A DNA stretch of 64,000 nt from Eledone cirrhosa (GCA_964016885.1 OZ024742.1:327360001-327424000); one strand, 5' to 3'; counted from the first letter of the stretch, positions 53,201-64,000 are shown. The notes: generated by a model from the letters alone, not told the origin. Program-made: numbers and translations.

Positions 53201-53260
53201 AATATGGTTTTATAAAGATAGTTTCCATTTATTAATATTATTGATATATATATATATATA

Positions 53261-53657
53261 TATTGGTAAACGGAATAGAAAATGCTGACAAATTGTTCAC
53301 ATTGAAAAATAGTTTAATTAGTAATTGTATTGGTTAGTATTCAGTTTTGGTTTTAAGTTTTACCGGTTGCGCATTTCTAAATGCTTTTCAAAAATAATTT
53401 TGAGATAGAGCGTCCGTGATGTTTGCTCTGATCTGAGCAAACATCACGGACGCTCTATCTCAAAATTATTTTTGAAAAGCATTTAGAAATGCACAACCGG
53501 TAAAACTTAAAACCAAAACTGAATACTAACCAATACAATTACTAATTCTCATTTATTCCTAATTAAACTATTTTTCACTGTGAACAATTTGTCAGCATTT
53601 TCTATTCCGTTTACCAATATATAATAACTTGTGTGTTACACCTCTATTCTTTTAACT
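53261..53657. mobile_element. ~360-bp palindrome plus tail in (TA)n
   Basis: Arms 53261-53428 and 53434-53620, centre gctctgatctgagc, tail 53624-53657. Decayed hammerhead-like fold at 53472-53502. Confidence 0.75.
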
Positions 53658-53669
53658 ATATATATATAC

Positions 53670-53985
53670 AAAATTAAATTGAGAGTGTCATGTCCGAGAC
53701 ATGTGCCATATCCACTGTAGAATATGCTCAAAGATTCCAATGAATAGATCCGAGCATTTTATATCAACTAGAAATTGATTGACATATATATATCTAAAAT
53801 AAACACATGAAACAATCACAGGGGATAATTTGTAAAGTGTGTAAGCACACACAGCTAGGTAGTTCTAGTTAGACTTTAATTAGTTACCTACCTAGCTGTG
53901 TGTGCTTACACACTTTACAAATTATCCCCTGTGATTGTTTCATGTGTTTATTTTAGATATATATATATGTCAATCAATTTCTAGT

Positions 53986-53989
<4 letters not shown>
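53670..53989. mobile_element. ~225-bp palindrome with left-side tail in (TA)n
   Basis: atcaactagaaattgattgac...cagctaggtag / ctacctagctg...gtcaatcaatttctagttgat. Confidence 0.75.
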
Positions 53990-54041
<52 letters not shown>

Positions 54042-54054
54042 GCATATATATATA

Positions 54055-54587
54055 GCGGCGATGAATTAGTTTAGCGAGGTTTTTTATATGAAATCGTGTG
54101 TCGAAACAAATATTGTTATACTTGGGGAGGGTCATATTTGTGTAATATTGCCAGAATTAATAACAGAACACACTCACTGTTTGGTTGGTTTTCGCTTCTC
54201 GCTGTCTTTTATATCTGTAATCTAACTTACTCGGTCCTCAATGTTGCCATTGACTGACTGACGGTCAAAAATAATACAGATACAATATAGACACAAACAC
54301 ATATATATAGTTTACATAATTTACATAAATCTTTCGTTGCACATCTGCAACATCGTCAGTGGTGTTATATTTTCCTCCTGTTGTGTTGTATGTCTACGCC
54401 ATTTTTTATTCAGTCTATCTATTATTATTTTTGACCGTCGGTCAGTCAATGGCAACATTGAGGACCGAGTAAGTTAGATTACAGATATAAAAGACAGCGA
54501 GAAGCGAAAACCAACCAAACAGTGAGTGTGTTCTGTTATTAATTCTGGCAATATTACACAAATATGACCCTCTCCAAGTATAACAAC
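54055..54587 (-). mobile_element. Hammerhead-bearing element with inverted partial copy and tail
   Basis: Minus-strand unit 54111-54410 (homologue of 6985-7256) with CTGACGA-t-GTTGCA-gatg-TGCAAC-GAAA at ~54332-54359. Inverted copy 54424-54587; tail 54055-54110. Confidence 0.72.
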
Positions 54588-54762
54588 ATATATATATATA
54601 TATGTGCATATATATATATATATTCTTTTAAATGTATTGGAAAAACAAACACTAGGTGTGAAGTATAGAAAAAAGTGAAGAATTTTATCAAAAGTTCATT
54701 CTTTAACATATGTTTAAATACAATATAAGTCTACATAATGCTGGTTGCATATTAATACCATT

Positions 54763-55140
54763 TTGGCAGTATCGGTAGAGGGTCGGACGCCATGCTTTCC
54801 AGCATAGTTACGTCCCTTTACGATCTGAGTTCAAATCCCGCCGAGGTTGACTTTGCCTTTCATCCTTACGGGGTCAATAAAATAAAGTACCAGTAATGCA
54901 CTGGGTAATTGCTGGCCTTGTGCCTAAAGTAGAAACAATTATTATGCCCTTTCAAGGGCGGTGGATTGGCAGTATTGGTAGAGAGTCGGACACCATGCTT
55001 TGAAGCATAGAGTTACGTCCCTTTATGATCTGAGTTCAAATCCCGCCGAGGTTAACTTTGCCTTTCACGAGGGTCGATAAAATAAAGTACCAGTAATACA
55101 CTGGGTAATTGCTGGCCTTGTGCCAAAAGTAGAAACAATT
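54763..55140 (+). mobile_element. Two tandem SINE family A copies
   Basis: 54763-54940 and 54955-55140; the second is flanked by TSD attattatgccctttca. Confidence 0.88.
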
Positions 55141-55377
55141 ATTATGCCCTTTCACTAGAAATACATTAAATATTGCCTTTCTTCAGAAAGATTTCAAAAA
55201 GATACCAAAGTACGAGGTAAGTTTGTTGCATCCTGCAGTAAAGATAATTTCTACTGATATCCACTCTGAATAAAAGGCAACAGCTTTGGTTAGCAATCTT
55301 ACTTATTTTATTTTTGATTGTACACTTATCTACACAAACAAATTTTACTCGTACATTTATTCATATAAATATATATA

Positions 55378-55594
55378 TTATAAGGAAAATGATAATAAAA
55401 GGAGGGTGCAAAAAGTACACCCAATACATATTTGAAATAATCTTTATAACATGTACAAAAACATTTTTGTGCATGTTATAAAGATCCTTTTTATATATAT
55501 ACTAGGTGCACTTTTTGAACCCTTCTTTTTTTATTGTTTTCCTTATATAACATGATTAGTATAGAACGTTTTCTAACGTCCACACTTTTTTCAC
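55378..55594. mobile_element. Diverged ~170-bp palindrome plus tail in (TA)n
   Basis: tataaggaaaa...atctttataacatgtacaaaaa / tttttgtgcatgttataaagat...ttttccttata. Confidence 0.65.
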
Positions 55595-55633
55595 TATATA
55601 TATATCTATCAAATAAAGAAATATATATATATA

Positions 55634-55975
55634 TTGCAATCGAAAGGTTGTGAGTTCAATTCTCAAATCGGGTGATGTATTGTTTCCTTGAGCAAGACAC
55701 TTTATTTCACATTGCTCTAGTTTACTTAGCTGTAGAAATGTAATGATAAGGACTGGGGTCCCTATTATTCCACTGCAAAGAGGTGCCACGGCAAAAAAAA
55801 GCACCCAGCCCACATTGTAAAGTGGACGTGTAGGCGCCATGGAAAAAAGCACATAGCACTCACTGTAAATGAGGTTGGTGTTAGAAAGGGCATCCAACTG
55901 TAGAAGTCAAGCCAGAATCAGTTCCCATTCAACCCTTGCAAGCAGGGAAAAGCGGACGTAAAATGAAATGAAGAT
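55634..55975 (+). mobile_element. SINE family B (5'-truncated)
   Basis: Homologous to the element at 46999-47346 from ~47033 onward. Confidence 0.85.
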
Positions 55976-56017
55976 ATATATGTAAGTATATATATATTCA
56001 TTTCATTCATTCATTCA

Positions 56018-56346
56018 TTTCATTTTACGTCCACTTTTCCCTGCTTGCAAGGGTGGGACGGGAACTGATTCTGGCTTGATTTCTACAGCTGGATGCTCTT
56101 CCTAACACCAACCTCATTTACAGTGAGTGCTGGGTGCTTTTTTGCCGTGGCACCTCCACGACCACTTTGCAGTGGAATGATAGGGACCCCAGTCCCTATC
56201 ATCTCATTTCTACAGCTGAGTAAACTGGAGCAATGTGAAATAAAGTGTCTTGCTCAAGGAAACAACACATCACACGGTCTGAGAATTGAACTCACAACCT
56301 TTTGATTGCAAAGCCAATGCTCTAACCACTAAGCCATGTGCCTCCA
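56018..56346 (-). mobile_element. SINE family B, full length
   Basis: Reverse complement of 46999-47346. Confidence 0.88.
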
Positions 56347-56377
<31 letters not shown>

Positions 56378-56380
<3 letters not shown>

Positions 56381-56980
56381 ATATAAGATCAAAAGATGGT
56401 TAAAGGAGTTCCATGTATTTTATTATGCGCATTTCAAAAACAAACATCATCATGCAATAATATTTGTGTTTTCATCAGATAAAACAGGAGAACATGATAT
56501 GAAGGCTAAAAAACACTTGTGGATAGTGCAGTTTTAAATCAACATATGAAAAGTGGTTTTAGATTGATGTGTGATATTGGGAAAAATATTTTATTTAGAG
56601 AGGGGGGGTGGAAAGGATGAAAAAGGGGAGGAGATGAGAGTTTTTCATCCTTTCCACCCCCCCCCCCTCTCTAAATAAAATATTTTTCCCAATATCACAC
56701 ATCAATCTAAAACCACTTTTCATATGTTGATTTAAAACTGCACTATCAACAAGTGTTTTTTAGCCTTCAAATCATGTTCTCCTGTTTTATCTGATGAAAA
56801 CACAAATATTATTGCATGATGATGTTTGTTTTTGAAATGCGCATAATAAAATACATGGAACTCCTTTAACCATCTTTTGATCTTATATTATGTATACTCC
56901 AGTCCTACAAACTGTAGAGTGCTTCTTATCCGATATCTGCATTGCTTTATTGTACTACAATAAAACTCACCTCCTACACT
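56378..56980. mobile_element. ~514-bp near-perfect palindrome plus ~90-bp tail in (TA)n, with a hammerhead in each arm
   Basis: Arms 56378-56624 and 56641-56891, 16-nt loop, tail 56892-56980. Confidence 0.82.
56783..56853 (+). ncRNA. Type I hammerhead ribozyme candidate with intact core
   Basis: Stem I tgttttat/ataaaata, CTGATGA (56791-97), stem II caaatattat/atgatgtttg, GAAA (56834-37), palindromic stem III ATGCGCAT, then A (AUA triplet). Mirror copy on minus strand at 56416-56486. Confidence 0.78.
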
Positions 56981-56983
56981 ATA

Positions 56984-57015
<32 letters not shown>

Positions 57016-57651
57016 AATATGGTCAGATATACATATATATATATATATATATGGTCAGATTGATCTCTTTTTCTCGCCACACACACAGAAAAAGAGATAA
57101 AAAAAGGTAGTTTAACCACATTATCTACCTTTTTCTCAGTTATGCTTAAGCACATGCTTTTAAGTTTACTTTACATCTCTCTTCAACTTAAAACTTTATA
57201 ATGTTTCAGTTAAGCATTTCATATTGCCAACATTTGCACTGTTATTCAAATTAGGTGAAATCTATTCAGTTCTATCCAAATTTGTGTAAGCCATGAATTG
57301 GTATAAGTTATGATTCTTTCTTTGGACAGAAACATATAAGTAACTGATCTCTGAAATGTAGTAAAATAAAACAGTGAATCTTGTCAGGCCAATTCTCTTT
57401 TATTGGTTACAGAAAAACATGTGATTTAATCAGGGTGTTTACTTTTTACAGCTAGGCTAAGCATGTATGTTTACTGAAAACATACTTGTAAGGTTATATT
57501 CTATACACACACATACACACATACTCCCTTTCTCACATAAATACATATACATATATATATCAATTTAACCCCCCTCTCTTTCACACACAGACATTTACAC
57601 ATTAGTGTGTAAGGTATATAAATATATATATGTATGTATTATATATATATT

Positions 57652-57738
<87 letters not shown>

Positions 57739-57790
57739 CTATTACCATTTACAGTCCCTCTGTGTTTAATGTATGTTCATTAGTATATGT

Positions 57791-58130
57791 GTTGTTATTT
57801 CTGCTTACATTTTACATATATACATATATATATCTATATATATGCTTGCGTGGACCCCTCTCAAAAATTCGTTGGATTTTCTAATTGGATACCCCGAAAC
57901 TGGATACCAACACTGAATACACCTGAACTTCTACCAGGAAATCTTTCGTTGTTATTTCTGCTTGCATTTTACATATATACATATATATATCAATGCTTGC
58001 GTGGACCCCTCTTAAAGATTCGTTGGATTTTCTAATTGGATACCCCGAAACTGGATACCAATCACTGAATACACCTGAACTTCTACCAGGAAATCTTCCG
58101 TATCAGTGAAAATTTTCTTTTCTTTGCTTC
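57791..58130 (+). repeat. Direct tandem duplication (~157 and ~150 bp) plus ~33-bp tail
   Basis: 57791-57947 repeated at 57948-58097, followed by a unique tail and a TA-rich run. Confidence 0.85.
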
Positions 58131-58389
58131 ATATATATACTTGTCCGCCATTGCAAAAGGCCATAAATTCAAAATTTTGAAGACAGAGGAAAAGAGTGAA
58201 GTGATCTATGAACTTGTACATCTCACTGACCCCCCACCACCACAATAACAATAACGCCATAACGCCTACACTCACTCCCCACCATCACCACATTACTCTA
58301 AGGTCGCTGTCCTGTCCCCTGTGCCCTGTTGACATACTGCTGACTCTCTTTTGATGTATGTATGTGTATATACATATGTGTATGTGTGT

Positions 58390-58947
58390 CTCATGGTCGG
58401 GTCGTTGGCGACTAAACTGGCAACGCCACCAGGGTTTCATGGTGAGGAGGGTGGCTTTGGACATCCTGCAGGACTAAAAACAAAACCAGTCAAAAGGTAA
58501 AGGGGCTCTTAAGAGTCAATAGCCATCCAAAATCACCGGGAGAGATGACCCTTAGCCTTTGTCAAGGCAGAATTCTAGGAGAAGGAAAACTCTGATATAA
58601 CACCTGCAACCCTGATGGTATCCAATGATGTTGACTTGTTCTTCTTTTTGGTAAATATTATCTTGGTTAAGAGAGTGGGGACTGGCTTTGTGCAGTGCCT
58701 TTGCTCACTATAAAAGCTTCACAGCACAGGCATTGCTTTATATCTGGAGATCTCTCTGCACTTGTCGTCACATGGTACCATGGGCCCAGCACTATGTGTC
58801 AATAATTGTCACAAGTGTAGGGTTTGTACCAGAGTTTTCAAGTCGCTGGCTGGACTAAAAAGTCACACTCGTTCAGCGCATTGGTAGGGGTTCTCCTACA
58901 TGGATATAAAGTAGTGGCCGTACTCGAAAACGAGTTGGCAGCCACCA
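58390..58947 (+). mobile_element. RTE-like 5' region or non-autonomous derivative
   Basis: ctaggagaaggaaaactctga motif recalled from RTE 5' regions; homology to 9700-10200; bounded by (GT/AT) tracts. Confidence 0.45.
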
Positions 58948-58987
58948 TGTGTGTGTATAGGTATATCTCAGTGGATACGACCAGATT

Positions 58988-59320
58988 TCAACACAGCAAC
59001 AACTACAACAACAACAGCAGCAACACCACCAACAACAACAACAGCAACAACACCATCGACTGTGTTGAATGTGTGTGTATGTATGTATTTGTATATATGC
59101 AACAGCAATAACAGCATCAACACCATTGTCTGCAACAACAGTAGCAGTGAAATGAAGAACAACAACAACAGCAACAACGACAACAACTACAATAACAACT
59201 ACAGCACCAACAACTGCCACCACCATCACTGACCATCCACCACCACCACGCTGATACCATCCACCACCACCACACTGACACCATCCACCACCATTCACCA
59301 CCGCCACCGCCATTACCAGC
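58988..59320. repeat. (CAA/CAG/CAC)n low-complexity tracts
   Basis: Triplet repeats generating the spurious ORFs here. Confidence 0.9.
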
Positions 59321-59486
59321 GTAAAGCAAACAATTATTATTGTTATTATTATTATATACAAGCTGAACTGATCTGGGAAAGGTCAACAGTTGACATGATA
59401 TTGATTTTGACTTTGACGATTTTGATTTTGTATCAGTACTGTCGGTAATATATGTATATATGTGTTTGTGAGTGGTGTGTGTGATT

Positions 59487-59732
59487 GTATACATATGTAG
59501 ATGCACCGAGTTTTTCACTGGTCACTTTACTGTGAGTGTCCAGCTATTCTGTATGTAAACACACAGACAAACCGGTTTTTAGAGTCATACTGGTTTTTGA
59601 GGAAACACCTTTCCTCTATTCTAAACCAGTATGACTCTAAAAACCGGTTTGTCTGTGTGTTTACATACAGAATAGCTGGACACTCACAGTAAAGTGACCA
59701 GTGAAAAACTCGGTACATCTACACATGTATAC
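59487..59732. mobile_element. ~245-bp near-perfect palindrome
   Basis: Mirror ORFs 59501-59692(+) and 59527-59718(-) have nearly identical translations; arms 59487-59596 and 59623-59732. Confidence 0.85.
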
Positions 59733-60271
59733 GTGTGTGTATTCATATGCATACTAGTATTTCAGTATACATATGTGGATGTACATTTTTAACTTAATTG
59801 TTTATATATATATATGTATATATTAGAAAGTGTATGGAAAATGAGCATCTAAACATATAAAATACACCAGTGCAATTGATTATGGAAGTAGGGAAGGACT
59901 TAAGTAAAGAGGTTCTCTTACTATGATAACCTAATTAGTAGTGAGACTTGAGCCAGTGACAGTACAGTATAGATAGATATACATAGATAGATATAGAGAT
60001 ATATATTCAGATACACACTGGCATGGCTTTGTAGTTAAGGAGTTTGTTTCACAACCATGTGGTTTTCAGTTCAGTCCCACTGCTTGGTATTTTGCCAGTG
60101 TATTCTACTACAGCGGTAGGTTGACCTTTGCCCTGTTGTAAAATTTGGTAAAGGAAAATTGCAGAAGATACTAAGAATATATGTGTGTATGTGAATAGCA
60201 GATGTACCATTGTCCTGGATTTAAAGCAACATTATTTCAAAACCACATATACTATTACCCACTGTCTCTTT

Positions 60272-60545
60272 GAATAGTGCATTAATTCACCTGTCAGCCT
60301 TTCTCTAACTGTAGTAAAAACTTGTAACCCTTTAGCATTTACATTACTCTATATTTACTATTATATTTTCGGCAGAATTGGTAGAGGTTTGGACACCAAG
60401 CTTTGCAACATAGAGTTATGGCCCTTTACTTTCTAAGTTCAAATCCCACCGAGGTTAACTTTGCCTTTCATCCTTACAGGGTAGATAAAATAAAGTACCA
60501 GTAATGCACTGGTATAATTGCTGGCCTTGTGCCAAAAGTAGTAAC
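60272..60545 (+). mobile_element. Duplicated composite: flank + MITE 5' end + SINE A
   Basis: Nearly identical to 49087-49360, including ~50 bp of flank and the same SINE junction. Confidence 0.8.
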
Positions 60546-60774
60546 ATTTATTTCAATATTCTACATAGAATTATACAATGTGTCTTTGAAAATAGAGTGA
60601 AGGCATTTGAAGAAATATTATTGTAATACTGTGGAGGTGTGACAAGCTGAGTTATATATATATATATATATATGAGTTATACACCATGAGTTATATATAT
60701 ATATATGTAGTTGATGGCCAAGTGAAAAGAATACTCAATACCGAAGTAGAGTTTAAATATTCATTTTATTAAGT

Positions 60775-60850
<76 letters not shown>

Positions 60851-60864
60851 CACACAATATATAA

Positions 60865-62680
60865 TGTATTGAACAGAACCTCATACTCTTTCATTTTTTT
60901 GTTGATTTCAGTAAGACATTTGAATGTTTTATGGTTGGTTTTCCCTAAATTGGATGCCCTCAAAAGTTTGTAAATATATTGAAATAGAAGGAACTTGGTG
61001 GTGGTCGATAGGAGTGCAAGAAATAACAGCTAAATAGACGGAACTTCATGCAGGCGTGCTACAAATAGCATCTAAATAGGGGGAACTTCAAGGTAGTCTA
61101 AAGGTTTACTAGAAATTGCATCTAAATAGGTGAACATCATGGTGGTCGATAGGTGTGCTAGAAATAGCAGCTATATCACCTAAACAGGGGTAACCTCACA
61201 GTGGCACATAGGTATGCTAGAAAGAGCAGCTAAACAATGTGCTAGAAAAAGTAGCTGAAAAGGGGGAATATATTGAACCTATGGACCACCATGAGGTTTC
61301 CCCTAATTAGTTGCTATTTCTAGTACACCAGATGTAGCTGCTATATCTAGCACACCTACAGACCATCATGAGGTTTTCCCTATTTAGCTGATGTAGCTGC
61401 TATATCTAAAACACCTAAGACCACAATGAGTTTCCCGCTATTTCGCTGCTATTTCTAGAACACCTATCGATCACTGTGTGTTTTCTCTATTTAGCTACTA
61501 TTTGTAGCACACCTATGGACCACCATCTCGATGTAGCTGCTATTTCTAGCTATTTCTAGCACACATTCTTGGACCATGCATGAGGTTACCCCTATTTAGC
61601 TATACCACTTTGATGTTTCCTCTTTTTTAGCTACTATTTCTAGCACACCTATGGACCACCATGAGTTTCTTCTATTTAGCTGTTATTTCTAGACCACCTG
61701 TGAACCACTATGACTTTCTTCTATTTAGCTGCTATTTCTAGCACACTGATGGCCCACCACGAGTTTGTCGCCATTTAGCCGATGTAACTGCTATTTCTAG
61801 CTATTTCTAGTACACCTATGGACCACCATGAGTTTCTTCTATTTAGCTGATATTTCTAGCACACATATGGACCACCATCAGTATCGCTCTATTTAGCAGC
61901 TGTTTCTAGCACACCTATGGACCACCATGAGGTTCTTTTTATTTAGCTGATGTAGCTGCTAATTCTAGCGCACCTACGGGCCGCCATAAGGTTCCCTCTA
62001 TTTAGCTGATATAACTGCTATATCTAGGACACCTAAAACCACAAAGAGTTTCCCGCTATTTAGCTGCTACTTCTTCTAGAACACCCATGGACCATCGTAT
62101 GGTTGCCCCTATTTAGCTGCTATTTCTAGCACAATAATGGATCACCATGAGTGCTATTTCTAGCACACCTTTGGACCAAGCATGAGGTTTACCCCATTTA
62201 GCTACTATTTCTAGCACAGCTATGGACAATCATGGCGATCCCCATATTTAGCTGCTATTTCTAGTACATCTATGTATCACTTTGAGGTTCCCCTTTTTTA
62301 GCTGCTATTTCTAGCACACCTATGGACCACCATGGGTTTCTTCTATTTAGCTGCTATTTCTAGCACACTTATGAACCCCCATGAGTTTCTTCTATTTAGC
62401 TGCTATTTCTAGTACACCTATGGACCACCATGAGTTTCTTCTATCTAGCTGCTATTTCTAGTACACTTATGAACCACCATGAGTTTCTTCTATTTAGCTG
62501 CTATTTCTAGCACAGCTATGGACCACCATGAGTTTATTCTATTTAGCGGCTATTTCTAGCACTCCTAAGGACCACCACGAAGTTCCCTCTATTTCAATAT
62601 ATTTACAAACTTTTGAGGGCATCCCAATCAAATGCCTTACTGAGATCAACAAAAAAATGGAAGAGTTTCTGTTCAATACA
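60865..62680. mobile_element. Foldback-type element: long TIRs enclosing inverted arrays of a 49-bp repeat
   Basis: tgtattgaacagaa...ggatgccctcaaaagtttgtaaatatattgaaatag is mirrored at ~62588-62680. Unit tatttagctgctatttctagcacacctatggaccaccatgagtttcttc (period 49: 62344 and 62393). Orientation flips at ~61270. Confidence 0.75.
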
Positions 62681-62706
62681 GTATATATATATATATATAT
62701 ATATAT

Positions 62707-62788
62707 ATCCTAGAAACGATCGTTAAATAATGAACTTTTTTTGTTTAATATAAGGAACTGTTTCATTGTTTTATTCATTATTTTTTTA

Positions 62789-62795
<7 letters not shown>
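62707..62795 (+). mobile_element. Fragment of the 8463-8970 family
   Basis: atcctagaaacgatcgttaaataatgaa...aatataaggaactgtttc matches 8755-8839 and keeps the canonical GAAA. Confidence 0.75.
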
Positions 62796-62826
<31 letters not shown>

Positions 62827-62923
62827 CAAAGAGTATTTAATTTATTGGTTATTCAAATCTATTTATAACAGATTCGAAGCACTCTACAATTTTTCTTCTG
62901 GAGTATAATATCAATAATATTAA

Positions 62924-62980
62924 TTGTTTCTACTTTAGGCACAAGGCCAGCAATTACCCAGTGCATTACTGGTACTTTAT
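62924..62980 (-). mobile_element. SINE family A 3' fragment
   Basis: TSD tcaataatattaat on both sides. Confidence 0.8.
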
Positions 62981-63024
62981 TCAATAATATTAATAAATGG
63001 AAACTATCTTTATAAAACCATATT

Positions 63025-63088
63025 TATTTTATTATATATATTTCAAGGACACCAACATTTTTTTGGTATGCTCTCATCGGATAAAATA
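63025..63088 (-). ncRNA. Degenerate hammerhead, homologue of 53143-53200
   Basis: Minus strand tattttat-CCGATGA-gagcATACCAA..TTGGTGTcctt-GAAA-tatatata-ataaaata. The flank taaatatggttttataaagatagtttccattta is shared with 53199-53231. Confidence 0.55.
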
Positions 63089-63164
63089 CAAAAGTTGTTT
63101 TATAGATAATGACATAATCAAAAACAAGAACTTATCGTTTTAAGTTCTGTTCAAACTATATATG

Positions 63165-63804
63165 CTAGAGTGCTAGAAATAGCAGCTAAACAGGGGGATG
63201 CTTATGGTGGTCAATATGTTTGATACAAACAGCTGCTAAATAGAGGTAACCTCATGGTTATCCATAGGTGTGCTAGAAATAGTAGCTAAATAGGGGACGC
63301 CTCGTGTTGATCCGCAGTTGTGCTAGAAATAGTAGCTAAATAGTTGGAACCTCATGGTGGTCTATAGGTGTGCTAGAAATAGCAACTAATCAGGGGAAAA
63401 CTCATGGTGGTCGATAGGTTCAATATATTTACTATTATGGACCACCATCAGGTTCCTTCTATTTAGCTGCTCTTTCTAGCACACCTATGGACCACCATCA
63501 TATCCCCCCTATTTAGCTGCAATTTCTAGCACAACAATAGAACATCATGAGGTTCCCAAAATTTAGCTGCAGTTTCTAGTACACCTATAGACAACCATGA
63601 GGTTCCCACTATTTAGCTGCTATTTCTAACAAACATATGGACCACTATAAGGTTATCCCTATTTAGCTTCTATTTCTAGCACGCTTATGGACCACCACAC
63701 CTATAGTACCTGCTATTTGGCTGATGTAGCGGCTAATTCTAACACGTCAATGGACAAACATGGGATTACCCTTATTTAGCTGCAATTTCTAGCAAAACAT
63801 GGAC

Positions 63805-63810
<6 letters not shown>
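63165..63810. repeat. Second inverted pair of 49-bp repeat arrays
   Basis: Minus orientation 63165-63420, plus orientation 63436-63810; switch at ataggttcaatatatt. Confidence 0.8.
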
Positions 63811-63893
<83 letters not shown>

Positions 63894-63907
63894 CATGGAC
63901 CACTATA

Positions 63908-64000
63908 TACGAGGTGGGTCAGAAAAGTTCCAGGACTGATGTCACAAAAGATTTATTTCAAACCCAAACTTCACACTAAGAGTTTTCTCCTTCAAAGTAA
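63908..64000 (+). mobile_element. Tc1/mariner-like terminal inverted repeat (element runs out of the window)
   Basis: TA|CGAGGTGGGTCAGAAAAGTTCC resembles mariner termini (TACGAGG..TCAxAAAGT); the partner TIR is not visible. Confidence 0.55.

Noticed and set aside
58824-59518. Several overlapping ORFs
   Set aside because: Explained by CAA/CAC triplet tracts.

Overview
AT-rich, repeat-dominated animal genomic DNA. The SINE/RTE/CR1 repertoire and abundant (TA)n/(CA)n tracts resemble an octopus/cephalopod genome (inference from recall, not verified). I see no host protein-coding exon or intact ORF; the ORF track is explained by microsatellites, a satellite and decayed LINEs. About 30 kb (14070-44032) is one 46-bp satellite array (~650 monomers) with nested higher-order repeats. 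The flanks hold CR1 and RTE LINE fragments, two tRNA-derived SINE families, piggyBac-like MITEs, a foldback element with a 49-bp internal repeat and a mariner end. The most interesting signal is about a dozen short elements of several unrelated sequence families sitting in (TA)n tracts. Most are built as inverted arm + arm + unpaired tail, and many carry a minimal type I hammerhead ribozyme fold (CTGANGA-stem II-GAAA-palindromic stem III-UH-stem I). This matches non-autonomous Penelope-like/retrozyme-type elements.
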